The notes beneath the pieces were generated by a model. The model was not told the DNA's origin, made no database searches, and saw nothing but the letters and a program-made list of their open reading frames with translations. From Rhynchopus sp. YZ270_cl-10 (lineage: Eukaryota): a stretch of DNA of 64,000 nucleotides. Made by a program: the position numbers and the translations under genes. The stretch is from contig OZ037834.1 of assembly GCA_964035575.1 (NCBI GenBank), positions 1,798,001 through 1,862,000 of the forward strand, written 5' to 3'. Positions 36,171 through 48,610 of this stretch are shown here, one piece after another; position 1 is the first letter of the stretch; each line of letters starts with the position of its first letter.

Positions 36171-36713
36171 AAGGTGCACTGCCCCCCCCCCCCCCCCCCC
36201 CACCTTGTCACCACCCCGTTCAGCCCCTATACCCCCCCTACCCTACCCCACCCTTCCCCGCTTACACTAAAATGGAACGCCCAACACCACCCTCTTTTTG
36301 TTAACCGTTTCAATTTTTCTAACCACCACCACCACCACCACAGTACACTACGGGGGGGGGGGTGCCTCACCATATGGGTTGCAGATCCCCTCACAACAAC
36401 TCAAGAAGACTGCTCTAAGGAGAGGGGAAAAAAGCAACAAACCAACGCGTTTGTATTGTAGTGCAGTTTGCACTTTCCCCCCTCCCCCTCCCCCACTTTC
36501 ACTGAGAACTCTGATTTCACCGAATTCTTCTGATATTCGGAGAAATTTTTATTCACCGAGGACCAAGAAAAAGACGGGAGGTTATACTAAAGGGAGTTTA
36601 CGAAAAAGGGCATACGAGGGCAGGAAGGAGTCAGAATATTGCCTTTTTTAGGTGACGGATCAGGAGAGGCTTAGGTACATCTTATAGAACCTTTCTTTAT
36701 TTGTCTCAAAGCA

Positions 36714-37787
36714 ATGCGTGCCGGGAGCCTGACCCTGCCAGAAGCGGCTCTTCCGTCCCCTACCCCACCCGACACCCACGCTGCGAAGCACCTCACCCGC
36801 CTTACATCGCTGTCTTCCCACCCTGCTTTCATCCCATGCGTCTGGAACTTCGTCTCCTACTCTGTATGGACTATGTACAACAAACACATTTTCAATGAAT
36901 TCGGTAGTTTTCCTCTATTGAGCACTGGTCTTCAGATGATTATGGTGACATTGTGTGTACACATTTTGCTTTTAGTACGAAATGAACCGCATCAAAAAGC
37001 TAGCCGTGCTGTTTTAACTGGCCAGCTTATCCCTTTAAGCATTGTAAGAAGCTGTGATTTAGGTCTCGCAAATGCTGCGTTATGCCTGATGTCTCTCGCA
37101 GGCCAACAAATTCTCAAAGCAACCATCCCAGTTTGGGTTTGTGTACTAAGCATTCTCTACCTAAAAAAGACTGTTGAACCTCACGTCTGGGGGATCGTTT
37201 CCATTATTGTCATAGGAACTGCTATGGCAACAGTGGGAGACCCGACCATGCGAGGCACCCCCTTTGGCGTTGCAGCCATGTTAGTCTCCTGTCTATGCCG
37301 TGCAGGGAAATGTGTCATCAACACCCGCCTCCTGCAAGGTCTACCCGGAGCAGCGCAGCAGAAGATGTCAAAGCTATCGCTACTCCGATATGAGGCACCT
37401 ATGAGCGGCGTTACTATTCTCATTGCTTCCTTTGTATTCGAGTTTGTGGGGGTCTGGGTGAGTGGAGGAGGAGAAGGAGGAAGTGAGGGGGCAGGGTGGA
37501 CAGTATCAAGCCTCGCGTTTTTTATAGGAGCGACCCTGGTGAATGGCGTGCTAATGTTTGTGAACCAATTAACGTACCTCGCTGTGGTCGAGCACACCTC
37601 GCCGGTCGCATCGCAGGCGTTGATGAACATAAAAATGATTTTTTTGATTCTCGTCAGCTCGCTCTTCTTCCCTTTGCATCTTTCCCCGCTCAATGCAGTT
37701 GGAATGGCAATAGCCTCTGGTGGTGCAGTTCTCTATTCGGTACTAGGTGAAACCAGGCGTGCGCCTCACAAAAACATCCAGATTTAG
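36714..37787 (+). CDS. Triose-phosphate/nucleotide-sugar transporter family protein (TPT/SLC35, DMT superfamily)
   Basis: 357-aa polytopic ORF with YNK..F...FP, QILKATIP, HTSPVASQALMNIK and N.VG......G..LYS motifs. Confidence 0.9.
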   Translation: MRAGSLTLPEAALPSPTPPDTHAAKHLTRLTSLSSHPAFIPCVWNFVSYSVWTMYNKHIFNEFGSFPLLSTGLQMIMVTLCVHILLLVRNEPHQKASRAVLTGQLIPLSIVRSCDLGLANAALCLMSLAGQQILKATIPVWVCVLSILYLKKTVEPHVWGIVSIIVIGTAMATVGDPTMRGTPFGVAAMLVSCLCRAGKCVINTRLLQGLPGAAQQKMSKLSLLRYEAPMSGVTILIASFVFEFVGVWVSGGGEGGSEGAGWTVSSLAFFIGATLVNGVLMFVNQLTYLAVVEHTSPVASQALMNIKMIFLILVSSLFFPLHLSPLNAVGMAIASGGAVLYSVLGETRRAPHKNIQI

Positions 37788-37945
37788 ACGAAATAGAAGA
37801 AAGTGAAAAACAACAAAACGGAGGGTTCTGCAAACGACGTTACGTACTTACCGTTTTTCAGATCAAAAGAAGAGAAAAAAATGAACGGCAAAATGTGGGG
37901 GGGAGGGGAGGGTTATAGATATGGGTTTGCAGTAATTTATTTGCA

Positions 37946-38009
37946 AGGTGACTAGGTGACTAGGTGACTAGGTGACTAGGTGACTAGGTGACTAGGTGAC
38001 TAGGTGACT
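37946..38009 (+). repeat. (AGGTGACT)8 tandem array fused to a hairpin motif
   Basis: Eight perfect units followed by AAGCAAAACGAGAGGCTTAGGGTCTTATA. Confidence 0.95.
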
Positions 38010-38243
38010 AAGCAAAACGAGAGGCTTAGGGTCTTATAAATTTTTTCTTTACTTACCATCCTGTGAAGAAAAAAAAACATCGTGTCTGCTATCTAGTGAT
38101 AGTAGTCTCTAATCAAACAGAATTTTCCTTTTTGCTTACCTATCAGAGTTACTATTTTTTGTCTCACACCTCTCCCCCCTCCATTCTATTTGTGTACTCG
38201 CATTTATGGAGTGTGAAGGACGAGGTACGGGGGAAACCCCGCT

Positions 38244-38456
38244 CACGACGGGACCCAGTGACAAGTGACAAGTGCATGACAAGTGAAAAAGGTGACAAGT
38301 AAATGACAAGTGAATCACTTGTCATGACAAGTAAATAGCCTACATCCCAATAGAAAATCACTTGTCATGACAAGTGACTTTTTTGTCATATTATGACAAG
38401 TGAAATGACGTGTGATTTCACTTGTCACCTGTCACTTGTCACTGGGTCCCGTCGTG
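38244..38456. mobile_element. CACGACGG MITE with TGACAAGTG subterminal repeats (CACTA/CMC-like)
   Basis: 27-bp TIR CACGACGGGACCCAGTGACAAGTGACA; 2-bp TSD CT. Confidence 0.88.
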
Positions 38457-38753
38457 CTCTTATATTCATCTTCAAGTCTGTGTTTCTATTTTGTCCTCCG
38501 CATAAAACTCAGGTCCGACGTCTGAGTTTTTTTTCTCTCTCTCTTTTCAAACCCCCTCTCCCCACGCAGCACTGAAAATGCAACTGCTCGATTTTGGACG
38601 ACCCTAACCCACTCTGTTAGGACCATCTTACCAAAAAAAAGCGAAAACCCCCCCCCCCCCCCCTTCCTTTTTGCAACACCCCTCTTCCCTCCCACACGGA
38701 AAATCATTTTTATTCCCCCTCAGCTAACCCCTTTATAGTGATCCAACCCATAG

Positions 38754-41206
38754 ATGGGGTTAAAAGTAATGGGTTAAAACTAAGGTGGATTTTACCTCAT
38801 CACCAAACCACAGAGAGGGGGAAAAAAACGAGCCTCAGTATTTTCTCAAGTATCGAAGGGAGGCACCCTCGGGTGCAGGATCCCGCTGCCGAGGTTGCCC
38901 GCTCCCGTTTGTATGATGTGTGTACGCGCCTTGTTGCCCCATGGAACTCCACACTCGATACTCGAGAGGACGTACGGCGGAAGAGAATTCTGGTCCCGTT
39001 GTGCCTAGGGATTGTGGCGTTGTACATTCCGTGGCTTCCGTTCTTTGTGCAAAGCGATGAGGTATTGATACTTTGTGCGGTGGTCTGGTCGATATGCAGT
39101 GCGTTCGCCACCTTAGCTGTACTCAAAGTTGCGTCGGTCTCTACAGCCAGCATTGCAGCAGCGTTCACGGTGTGTGAGTTTGTTGGTCTTATTGCGATGG
39201 ATTTGTACCTCGCAGCTGCAGGGCAGAACCGTGTGGTGGTTGCGATGCTTGCACTTTACAAAGTAGCGGGGAATCTCCGGGTTAACCGGTATGTCCAGCA
39301 GGGGTACTGTTGTGTGGTGGTTTTTTGGTTGATATTGGGAGCAATAGAGGATGCGGCTGGGATTGGTTTGTACGATGTGGGGCCGGAGGTGGGCGAGCGG
39401 AATGGGGTGGTCACGGCGTTTGTGTGCGTTGTTCTTATCATTTCAGTATTGTTATTGCGTGACAGTGGTGGTGGTGGTGGAGGTGGGGGTGAGACAGCCG
39501 TAGATAAGGAAACAGAAGGTGTGGTCGGATTCATCGCCGACGCGCTTGCCTCAATGGAGCTGCAGTCTGCGGAGGACACGCTGCTGCGGTATCATACCCA
39601 GCTGCCGTTTGCGCTGTTCACTTCCTTTGATATGATTATCCAGAATCTGCAGAAGTTCCATTCGTTCATTCCTGCATGCTTCTTAGAGGAGATGTACAAC
39701 CGGAGTGTGGAAGGCGTGGTTCCAGGACTTCGAGACAACACAGCGGTGATCGTTGTGACTGAGGTAGCAGAGGCGAGTGAGTTGTGGATGTCTCTGCCTG
39801 ATACGATGCCGGTTGCGCTGCGCATCCACAACAACGTCATCCGCAACGCGGTGACAAACAACCGAGGCTACGAGGTCAAAATGTGTGCCGACTCCTTCTT
39901 CATTGCCTTCGAAAGTTGTGTTAATGCACTGCAATTTTCTATAGACGTACAACAGAACCTCCTGAAAGCAGAATGGCCAGAAGAACTCCTTGAGGTCAAA
40001 CCCTGCAAACGTGATGAATCCGGTCTATGGGGTGGCCTCGCAGTCCGCATCAGCATACACACCGGCACCGTCAAAACCGAAATGTCTACCCAAGGGAAGT
40101 ACGACTACTCAGGAGACGTAGTCAACCGGGTAATGGATATGATGAACGAATGTACCGTGGGGTCGATCCTGGTCACCTCCAGTGTAATGCGCTCGGTGCG
40201 TGCAGACCGTTTCCGATCCTTTGCAGGATTCGATCAGACCGTTATCAGCGACCCAAACATCCCGAAGTATCATGACGTTCGCACCTTTGTGTTTGGTGAA
40301 GAGCCGGTTCACGAACTGCTGCCTGCTAGTCTCTGGCAACGTAAGGGGCCCGATCAATGCGCATCGCCAAGGACTAGAAAAGCGTCAACAGCGTCGCGGT
40401 TTTCAATGGAGAAGCAACCCTCTAGTCTTGGACGTTTGGGGCCAAGAGGCAGTGTGAACGACCAAATGACGCGGACACGGACACATTCGCACGCATCCAT
40501 CTTCACCACAGGGTCGAACGCGATGATGGCATTGGAGCAGGTCAAGTTTACGGTTGCGCACGTGGAGCAGGAGTGCTTTTCCTCTGAGATAACCCACCAG
40601 GGAGTCACATCTGTCTTCGGGCAAATCGCAACCTGCGCCGAACGGAGTGAAGGCACGATCCTCGGTGTCCTTGGAGGTACCGTTGTTGTTGTGTGGAATG
40701 TGACCAAAAAGCAGGACGACCATGTGACCAAGGGGTTCATGTTTGTGTACCTCACGCACTATGTCCTCGAGCGTGTTAAGACCATGAGTGTAAAGCCGTG
40801 GATCGGTCTGTGCTCAGGGGAGGGATGGAAGGGGACGGTGGGCAAGGTGGAGCACCGCTACTTCAATGTGTATGGCAACTGCATGACCGTGAGCAAGATG
40901 CTGAGTTTGCGTGCACAGAGCAAGGGGATGCTGTGTTACTGTGGTGTTGAGAGCGCGGTGACAATCCCGCATGAGCTTGACGAGATTTTAACCAGTGCAA
41001 CATTCGAAGGCAACACAACGAACGACGACGGCTGGTTCGAAGACTTCGAGATTCTAGAGATATGCGACAACCTCGTCAAGCTAGAACAACTCAAGTCCGC
41101 GCTTGCCATAACACAGGAAGACCTGCCCATAGAGCGAGTGGCGATCAAAGACTTGCGGTCGCCCTCCGTATCCATGTGCCGAGACAATATGCTGACCGTC
41201 TCATAA
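38754..41206 (+). CDS. Multi-TM adenylate cyclase paralog with degenerate catalytic residues; start uncertain
   Basis: Same architecture as 29616-31883 (DT..D.RRK, TMs, GYEVK, G.YDYSG). No in-frame ATG precedes the conserved region. Tentative first exon ATG GG (38754-38758) with a GT-AG intron at 38759-38850. Confidence 0.8.
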
Positions 41207-43023
41207 TAAAGTGGTTGTCTTAGGGTGTCGACACTAATACAAAAAGGAAAAAGTGGCGAAAAAATGCATTTTTTTTTCTCCCCTTGCCACACCCAACTGT
41301 CTTCTCTAAATCAAATACAAATATGCTTGAGAAAAAAAAGATAGGGTGCCTGGAAGGGCGTCCCCAATTGATCTTCTCAGTGTTCTTTGCGAATGCTGCC
41401 TGGTTTAAAAGAGTGGGGGGGGGGGGGGGGGGGGGGGGCCCAAAAATATTTTTTAAAGCCCTTCAACTTCAACATGGATGCTGCCGAAACTGAAGCACAA
41501 TTTTAGGGCTTTAAAAAATATTTTTTTTGGGGTGCTTCTACTCACTCTGAGTGGGTGTGTGATGGATATTCGGGACTATGTGGGGTCCGGGAGGGGTATT
41601 TTGGGGGTTTCAGGCAAAAAAACGAAAAAAATATGACCGTAACAGGGGGTGTGCAAAGTGTCTTGGGGATGTCTTGGGGACGTCTTGGGCATTTTTTTGA
41701 CCTAAAAACACCAAAAAAACACTTCCAAAAGTGTCAAATATGTCCAAAACAGGTTGGAATGGACTCACAGGCCACTTTTGGGGTATATTTGTGCCAAAGG
41801 AGGCTTTGTGATGTCAAAAAATATCCCGGTTTTTGATTTTTTTCTCGAAAAATCGCTATTTTGCCCAAAGTGGCCAAAACGTGAAAAAAGCCGTTTTTTC
41901 ACTATTTTTTTCCATTTTTTTGTATTCTGGGGTGGCTTCTGGGTCGTTTTTCGACCCACAGGCCCCCTGTGACCCACTCTGAGGGTGTTTTTCACCCGCA
42001 GTTGCCTTGGAGATGACCAGATAATGCCAAATGAATTTTCCGTGCGCAAAAAATGGCTGGAGTCGTACCCCCTAGGGGGGGGGGGGGGGGAAATGAAACT
42101 CTGGGTTTCCACCCGCGGAGTTGTGTTTTTTTTTTGATCGAGTTTGATTATTCGTGGTTCTGGTTGGGGTATTGGGGAAGGGGGAGGGGAAGCAGTGGGA
42201 CTGTGTTTCGAAAACTAAATACAGTTTTACAGCATTCAGTTATTACTTAGCCTTTTTTATTCTCTTTCCCCCCCCTTTTTCCCTTTTTCCTCTTTCGTTC
42301 ACCATCTTTTCTCAAACACAGTGTGGCCAACAAATCGTAGTGAAAAAAACCAATGTGTTTGGCTGTGATCACCAAATAGCCACGATTGAAGAGAGTATTA
42401 ATAAGTGAATAAATTATTTCAGGTTCAGTTTTCTTTCCCAAACAATTTTTTTGCAACAACATAACAAAGCAAGATACAGTACGAGTGGCGCGGCCGCCAA
42501 ACAATACAAGTAGTCAGTGTCACACCTACCTTCGGCAGGTTCCAGTGATTATTTTATTTCCTCTTCCCTCTTTGAGAGCGATAACTCTTGCTCATTGTTT
42601 TTGTTTTATTTTTTTGCCTTACGGCAAATGAGTTTTGCAGATACACAACACAACAAAAACCATAAGTACCGCACATCTCCATTTCCACCTCTATAACCCT
42701 TCCCTTTACAACACATTGCATAGTGTCACATGCTATACCACACCATTGGCGTGGCAGTAGACCGTTCTCACATCTGGCTGCAGGGCAACCGCGAAGTTCA
42801 CAACCATCCAAAACCTATCTCGCCAAGGTGTAGCTGGCCTAGGGCTCTATTGATTCACGGCTGACCATTCAAGGGGGGACTACTAGTCCATATGACTAAT
42901 GTTTTACGACTAATTTTGCGATATAAAAAAACACCAAAAAACAGAAACACACCCCCTTTTTTGAAGCTCTCCACAAAAAAAATCACGGTGGGGCGTTTCA
43001 TAGCATACTTCTTGACCTCAGCA

Positions 43024-45055
43024 ATGGGGAATCATTGTACGTGCGTGCAGCCGTCGGGGGACAATCCTGAAGACCCTCAGGCGATGGTGCAGGCTGCACG
43101 CAACGCGAAACGGAAGGACCAGAAACAGCAGAAGCTTCTTGCAAACGGGAAGGACAACCCGGCATGCGTGCGCGCCTTTATCAAGGACGTTGATGCGCGG
43201 ATGACGTCTATCCCTTGTGTTGGGGGTGCGTCGTGGGAGTATCGGGCCGGGGCTGGCGGGTCTGGGAGCAGAGGGAATCTCACAGACAATGATATGGCTC
43301 GATTGGCAGATCGTCTGAGTGACTCCTCTCAACCTCACGCACTGCGCCGTGTCGATCTTGTATCGCGAGGGATGTGTGATGGAGCTGCGCAAGCGTTGGC
43401 AGCAATAATGACTTCACGTAATTGTTCCGGCATCACCCATCTCTCTGTATCGCACAACAATATGACCGATGTAGGTGCGGAGACATTATTCCATGCGTTG
43501 GCCGCAGAGAAGTGCGCATTGCAGACGCTCCTCATGGATGGAAACTCATTTGGTACAGGGTGTTTAGAGGCAGCGGCAGATGCGTTTGAGGCTAATAAGA
43601 AGCTTGAAAGTTTCGATCTTTGTCTTGGAAGTGGGGCGCTTCCGTTGCAGGGGCAGGCGGTGCAGCAGTTTCTTCGGAGTGTTGCGAAGTGTTCGTCTCT
43701 GAAGAAGCTTCGGGTCTCAGGGGAAAATGCGCGCAGCAGAAAGGGGTCGGATGTGGTGACCATCGTGGAACCAACGGATTTGATGACGTTTTTCGCAAAG
43801 CTTGCGGAGTTTGAGAACACTGCGCTGAAGGACATTTCGTTGACGTACCTTCTTGCGGAGAAGAAGGATGTGCAGAGCGAGGCGACCATGAAGGCTTATG
43901 CCTCGTTTGCAGCTATGATGATTAAATTTCCTTCTGTTACGACTCTGGACTTTACAGGAAATTTGATGGGGGACAGAATGGCGACTGCAATCGCGGACGT
44001 ACTGTCCACCGCATCTGCAGGGCTGACCAGTTTGAATCTCTCCAAAAACAATTTGACGTCGGCCGGGTTGGCATCTATTGGTCAGGCGTTGCAGCAGAAC
44101 ACATCGTTGACCAGTTTAAATATTTCCAATCAGTTTGCACTACGCACCGCTACCCTTGGAAAAATCGGCAGAGAGAACGTACGCAGCCCTAACCCTGACG
44201 ACCTCGAAGCGCAACAACAGAGGGCCCTTTTGGAGCCTGGGTTGTTGACATTGTTTTCTGCTATTACACACAATGTGCATCTGCAGGCATTGGTTATGAC
44301 GGACGTTGAAGTGAGCGAGACGCTGGCGGAGGCTATCATCGACTGTGTCGAGCATAATACGGGGCTGGCCGATATCCGTTATGCAAGCTGCCCTAATGCA
44401 GCGCAAGGACGTATTGTGGCATGCCTCCGTGCCAACTCAGAGCGCCAAGCAAACCAACCAGCATCCGGAATTGTTTCCCCAGGGGGCTCCTGTCCAGATG
44501 TGCTGTCAGCGCACTCTGCCTCACACAACACCGTCCCTCAGTTAGTCTTCAAAACTGCAGCAGAGACAGCCAACGTACGCTCCTGTGCAAGCGAAGGCAA
44601 GGCAAGCAGTAGGCTCGCGGATGAGTACAACAACACAGACGCAGAGCTCGATGACGACATGCCTGCGACAGACCCCGATGCAATGGATGCATCGAATACG
44701 GTATGTGATGGGGGTGGTTTCAAAAAAGTGGCGGGAGAAGGCGTGCCAGGGGGCAGCTTCCCTCAAAGAGTGGGGTGTGTGCAGGATCATTATGACCCCC
44801 CCAGACTGCAGACGTACTAGTACTCAATCAACCACAACAACTATACTTCAGTTTAACACATTTTTTCACCTTTTTGTTTTCCGGCTTTGAGCGCACAAAC
44901 AAAAGACCCTATCTTTTTTTTTTGAGCAACTGCGTTCAGATAAAGTGCGTTGGTGGCGAACAGCTAAAACAGCAACACAACAACACCCTCCTCTACAGTT
45001 GGACCAGTCTGCCTACATCGACGTCGAGTTCAGCAACGACGACTGCTACCAGTGA
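43024..45055 (+). CDS. Ribonuclease-inhibitor-type leucine-rich repeat protein with N-terminal dual acylation motif; 2 exons
   Basis: Starts MGNHCTC; LxLxxNxLxxxG repeats (LTSLNLSKNNLTSAG). Phase-0 GTATGT donor at 44701 and AC-rich acceptor ending 44998 give last exon LDQSAYIDVEFSNDDCYQ* (44999-45055). The unspliced ORF stops at 44820. Confidence 0.85.
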
Positions 45056-46104
45056 AGCGAGAAGGGAGAAGGAAGGCCCCCCTTAACGGGGACGTCTTAC
45101 ACGGGGGTTCAAAAGATAATGGGGCTTTTTCTTAAAGGGTTTCTCTCAAAAGGGGATTTTTTTTTTATTCTTCCAAGAACCTGAAAAAAATGTTGGCCAT
45201 TGGGAGGAACGTATTGTGTGCCGTGGGGGTTTTCTTTGTGTTGCATTTTTTTTTTTCTGTGACATTTATGGGCTCAATGTACTATGGTGCACAGTCGCAA
45301 CCCTAGGTTCTACCTTCCCGCCCTCATCAAAACGACACCCAGCTTCCCCCTATAGGTTCGATTGATTTCTTGTTCTGTTCCCCATAGAAAATAAAGGTAT
45401 AGAGTGGATTTGCCAAGATGTCAGGTAGTATTCACAGCATTTACCTTGTTGTCTATCGTTTTATTGGCAAAAGGCATACTGCTAAGGATACGTTGTTTGC
45501 TCGAGGCGTGAATATGCATTCTGTTATGCACGATATGTCCTCATTTAGCACCTCACTTTTTAGGGTGTGGGCTCGAGAGATATGCACATTTCAGTTTGCA
45601 GTTCAGTTCATCTGTTGGGTCGCCGCTGGCTGTTTATGACCTCGGCAGTGTGTTGTGTTGGGGGCGGGAGGGGGGGTCTTCAGACCAGCGGATTTTTTCT
45701 TCTTTTTCATTTTTTTGGAAAAATGACGTCGTGTGTCTCGTAGCGCATCTTGTCGAGTCCACTCTTATCGTTGGTAGCCTAGAGAGGTGATACATCCTTT
45801 AACAACCTGCATATCAGTGCAGTGGGAAAAAAAAAGGACAGTAGCTGCCCTCCCATACACCATTTCCCTCCCGTCCTCTGTTTAGTTGGATCACCTATTA
45901 TTTGGAAAAGAAAAACAACTTTTTTTTTTTTGTTTTTCTCCACGGTGCAGTCTGTCCTGGAAATGTCGGACCCTTTTGTCGGAGTCCGAGGGGGTCCGAC
46001 AGTCGGACCCCCTGAGTCCGACAGTCGGACTCAGGGGTCCGACTGTCGGACTCACAGTCGGACCCCTGAGTCCGACTGCCGGACCCTGGGGTCCGACAGG
46101 CACA

Positions 46105-46240
46105 CCCAGGTGCCCAGGTGCCCAGGTACCCAGGTGCCCAGGTACCCAGGTACCCAGGTACCCAGGTACCCAGGTACCCAGGTACCCAGGTACCCAGGTA
46201 CCCAGGTACCCAGGTACCCAGGTACCCAGGTACCCAGGTC
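46105..46240. repeat. (GTACCCAG)n minisatellite
   Basis: Direct reading; a few GTGCCCAG variants. Confidence 0.95.
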
Positions 46241-48610
46241 CAGGTCCAGGAACAGGTACCCAGGAACAGGAAAAAAGTCGTGAAAGAGCAACCACAGCTC
46301 CACATGACAAACACAAAAGTGTCCAGTCACGTGGGGCATTCATGCACTGAGGAGATAATGATCCAACAATTTACAAGAAAGATTACTTAACCTACTGCTG
46401 GAAATTGCCAGGTCGTAGTAACACACAAAGTGTGCCTCCGTTCGGGAAGACCGGATATTCTAGAGACCAGAAAGGCCTCAAGAATATCTTCCGGTAGTCA
46501 AGGTAGAACCGAGTGAACGGCCCAAGACCCCCGTGGAGAAGTTAAATGTTGTAATGCTATCAGGTAGAAACTGCGAACACTGTCTTACCCTCCTCAATGC
46601 ATGGTGGTTGATGTCTTCCACAACAAATTTCCTGTACCCAGGTACCCAAATTCCCAGACCCACGCAGTGGCACATGACCGCCAAGTGTGAGTGACCCACA
46701 CATGAGGGAATGCGACACTACGCAAAATTTACCACCAGACCCTGTCTTCGTGCACCTGAAGTACAACGCCGCAGACAGGCCAAACATGCGTTGGACTCAG
46801 AGGAATGCCCGCTGTGCAGGTATCAAACATGAGAACCAACTCCCAGCAACAAGGGGCGCCTTTTGGCGGGCGTTGTTGAGGGTGTTTGGGGTGCAAAGTT
46901 TTCCACAATTTTGATGCGCGGGTACAGAAGTGTTGTCTTGTTCTTTCATCTCTAGGAATGTAAATGTCAATCGCGTTTAACTACCACGAGGGCTTGTTTA
47001 GTGAACCCACGAGGGGTCGAAGGGGGTTGGTTATCCCATATCTATCAAAGGTTGTGTCGACCAGGCGAATCCACTATGTTACGCTGTACGTTGTTAAATC
47101 CGAAGAAATAACGCTTTAGCAGCCGCAGGAAGTTTGTTAAAAAGAGTGCCTCACGCTACACAAACCACCACCCGCGATTGACTTAGATGTTATAACAAAG
47201 AGAATTCAGAACAAAACAACACCCTGCCCCATACACACTAAATTGTCATGCTTCAAGAGCATGCCTGGGCCAAAATTACTGTGACAAAAAGGCAACAAGA
47301 CCACCCACAAGGAGTGTGAAATGTGCACTGGTTTTCTGGGGGAACGCAATATTTTCTTGTGCCTCGTCCTCCGCAAGCAGAGGACAGACTTTCCGGAAGG
47401 TTTCCAAAGTCGAATTTCTTGCACTAGCTATGCTCCCTGGGTTAAATGGCAATAGCAGTGACTGACAAAGTGTACCCATCCCCCTTCCACCCCAGATCTT
47501 AGTCCGCAAACTCAGAATGGATTGATGCGGGTGATACTCTTTGGATTTTGAGTTGCTGAATGTCGGAGACGCGGCGAGGCTTCTCATCACAATCGCAGAT
47601 GCAGTTCAGATTTCACGATCCTGTGATGAGTGTAAATGTGGAGTGTGATTAATGAATGAAATGTATGGTGTAGAAACGCAGTTATCGGGAAAGGTGAGGT
47701 TAATGTGGTAAAAAAAGGGGATAAAACTCGTGTAATTTTGTGAATTCCCACAAAGGTGGGTGATAATGTGCCCTTTGTCACTCAATTGTAACCGAGAATG
47801 TATGGGAGAATGAAATATTATTTCCCAACCCAACAACAACGATAAAGCGTGAAGACAATAAATGAAATCAAAGCGGAATAAATTTGAGGTTTTGTGAGGC
47901 ACTCAACGAGTGTGCCGGCTCTGTGGCGTCACGGAGCCACCAACACTCCCCAGTCATTTTTCCTGCGCTTCCAGGAAAACTCGCGTTTGCGACCAGGCCG
48001 AAACGAAAAAATTTAATTCACAGCAAACAGGTGTGAGGGAGAAGAAAAGAAAGTGAACAAAAACGAAAAAACAATGTTTTTCTGAAATGTGATGTTGTTG
48101 GGGTGGGGAGAATAAAACAGTTCCAGAAAAGCTCCTGCGTCGGTTTTCTTTTGGTTAAAAAAATCACTCAGTAAAAAAAAGAACTTTTTCATCACTCCCC
48201 TCAAACACTGCCAAAACGAAGAAGGACAGGATGTATGACACTTACGGATACCAAGTCTCAGCGGGTATGAGAAGCAAGGAGGTGTACAAGAAGAAATGGG
48301 ACGAGTTCTTGCGGTTTTCAAACCTCGAGCGACTTGGTCCGCTTTGTATTGACACGGACCTCGACACCCCGACATGTACTGGCTTTTGAGAAAGGCAGTC
48401 GGTTCCTCGGTAGATTGCGTGCAAGTGAGGGAATATCCATCTGCTTGGAAGACGTCAAAACACCAAACATAGTATTTCGCGACATAAAGGGCAGATCAAA
48501 TACTCACTGCCTTACATTCTCGGTTACAATTGAGTGACACAAAGGGCATATAATCTGCAAAATTACACGAGTTTTATTTCACTGAGTTAGATAATTATTA
48601 TCTCATGAAA

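Noticed and set aside
45822..46390. ORFs with PGTQVPRY repeats (and GTGYWVL at 49793-50336)
   Set aside because: Translations of tandem repeats within a mobile element.
47276..47590. Possible transposase zinc-finger remnant (RKVC..C) inside the 4.85-kb element
   Set aside because: Requires assumed frameshifts and is too short to support.
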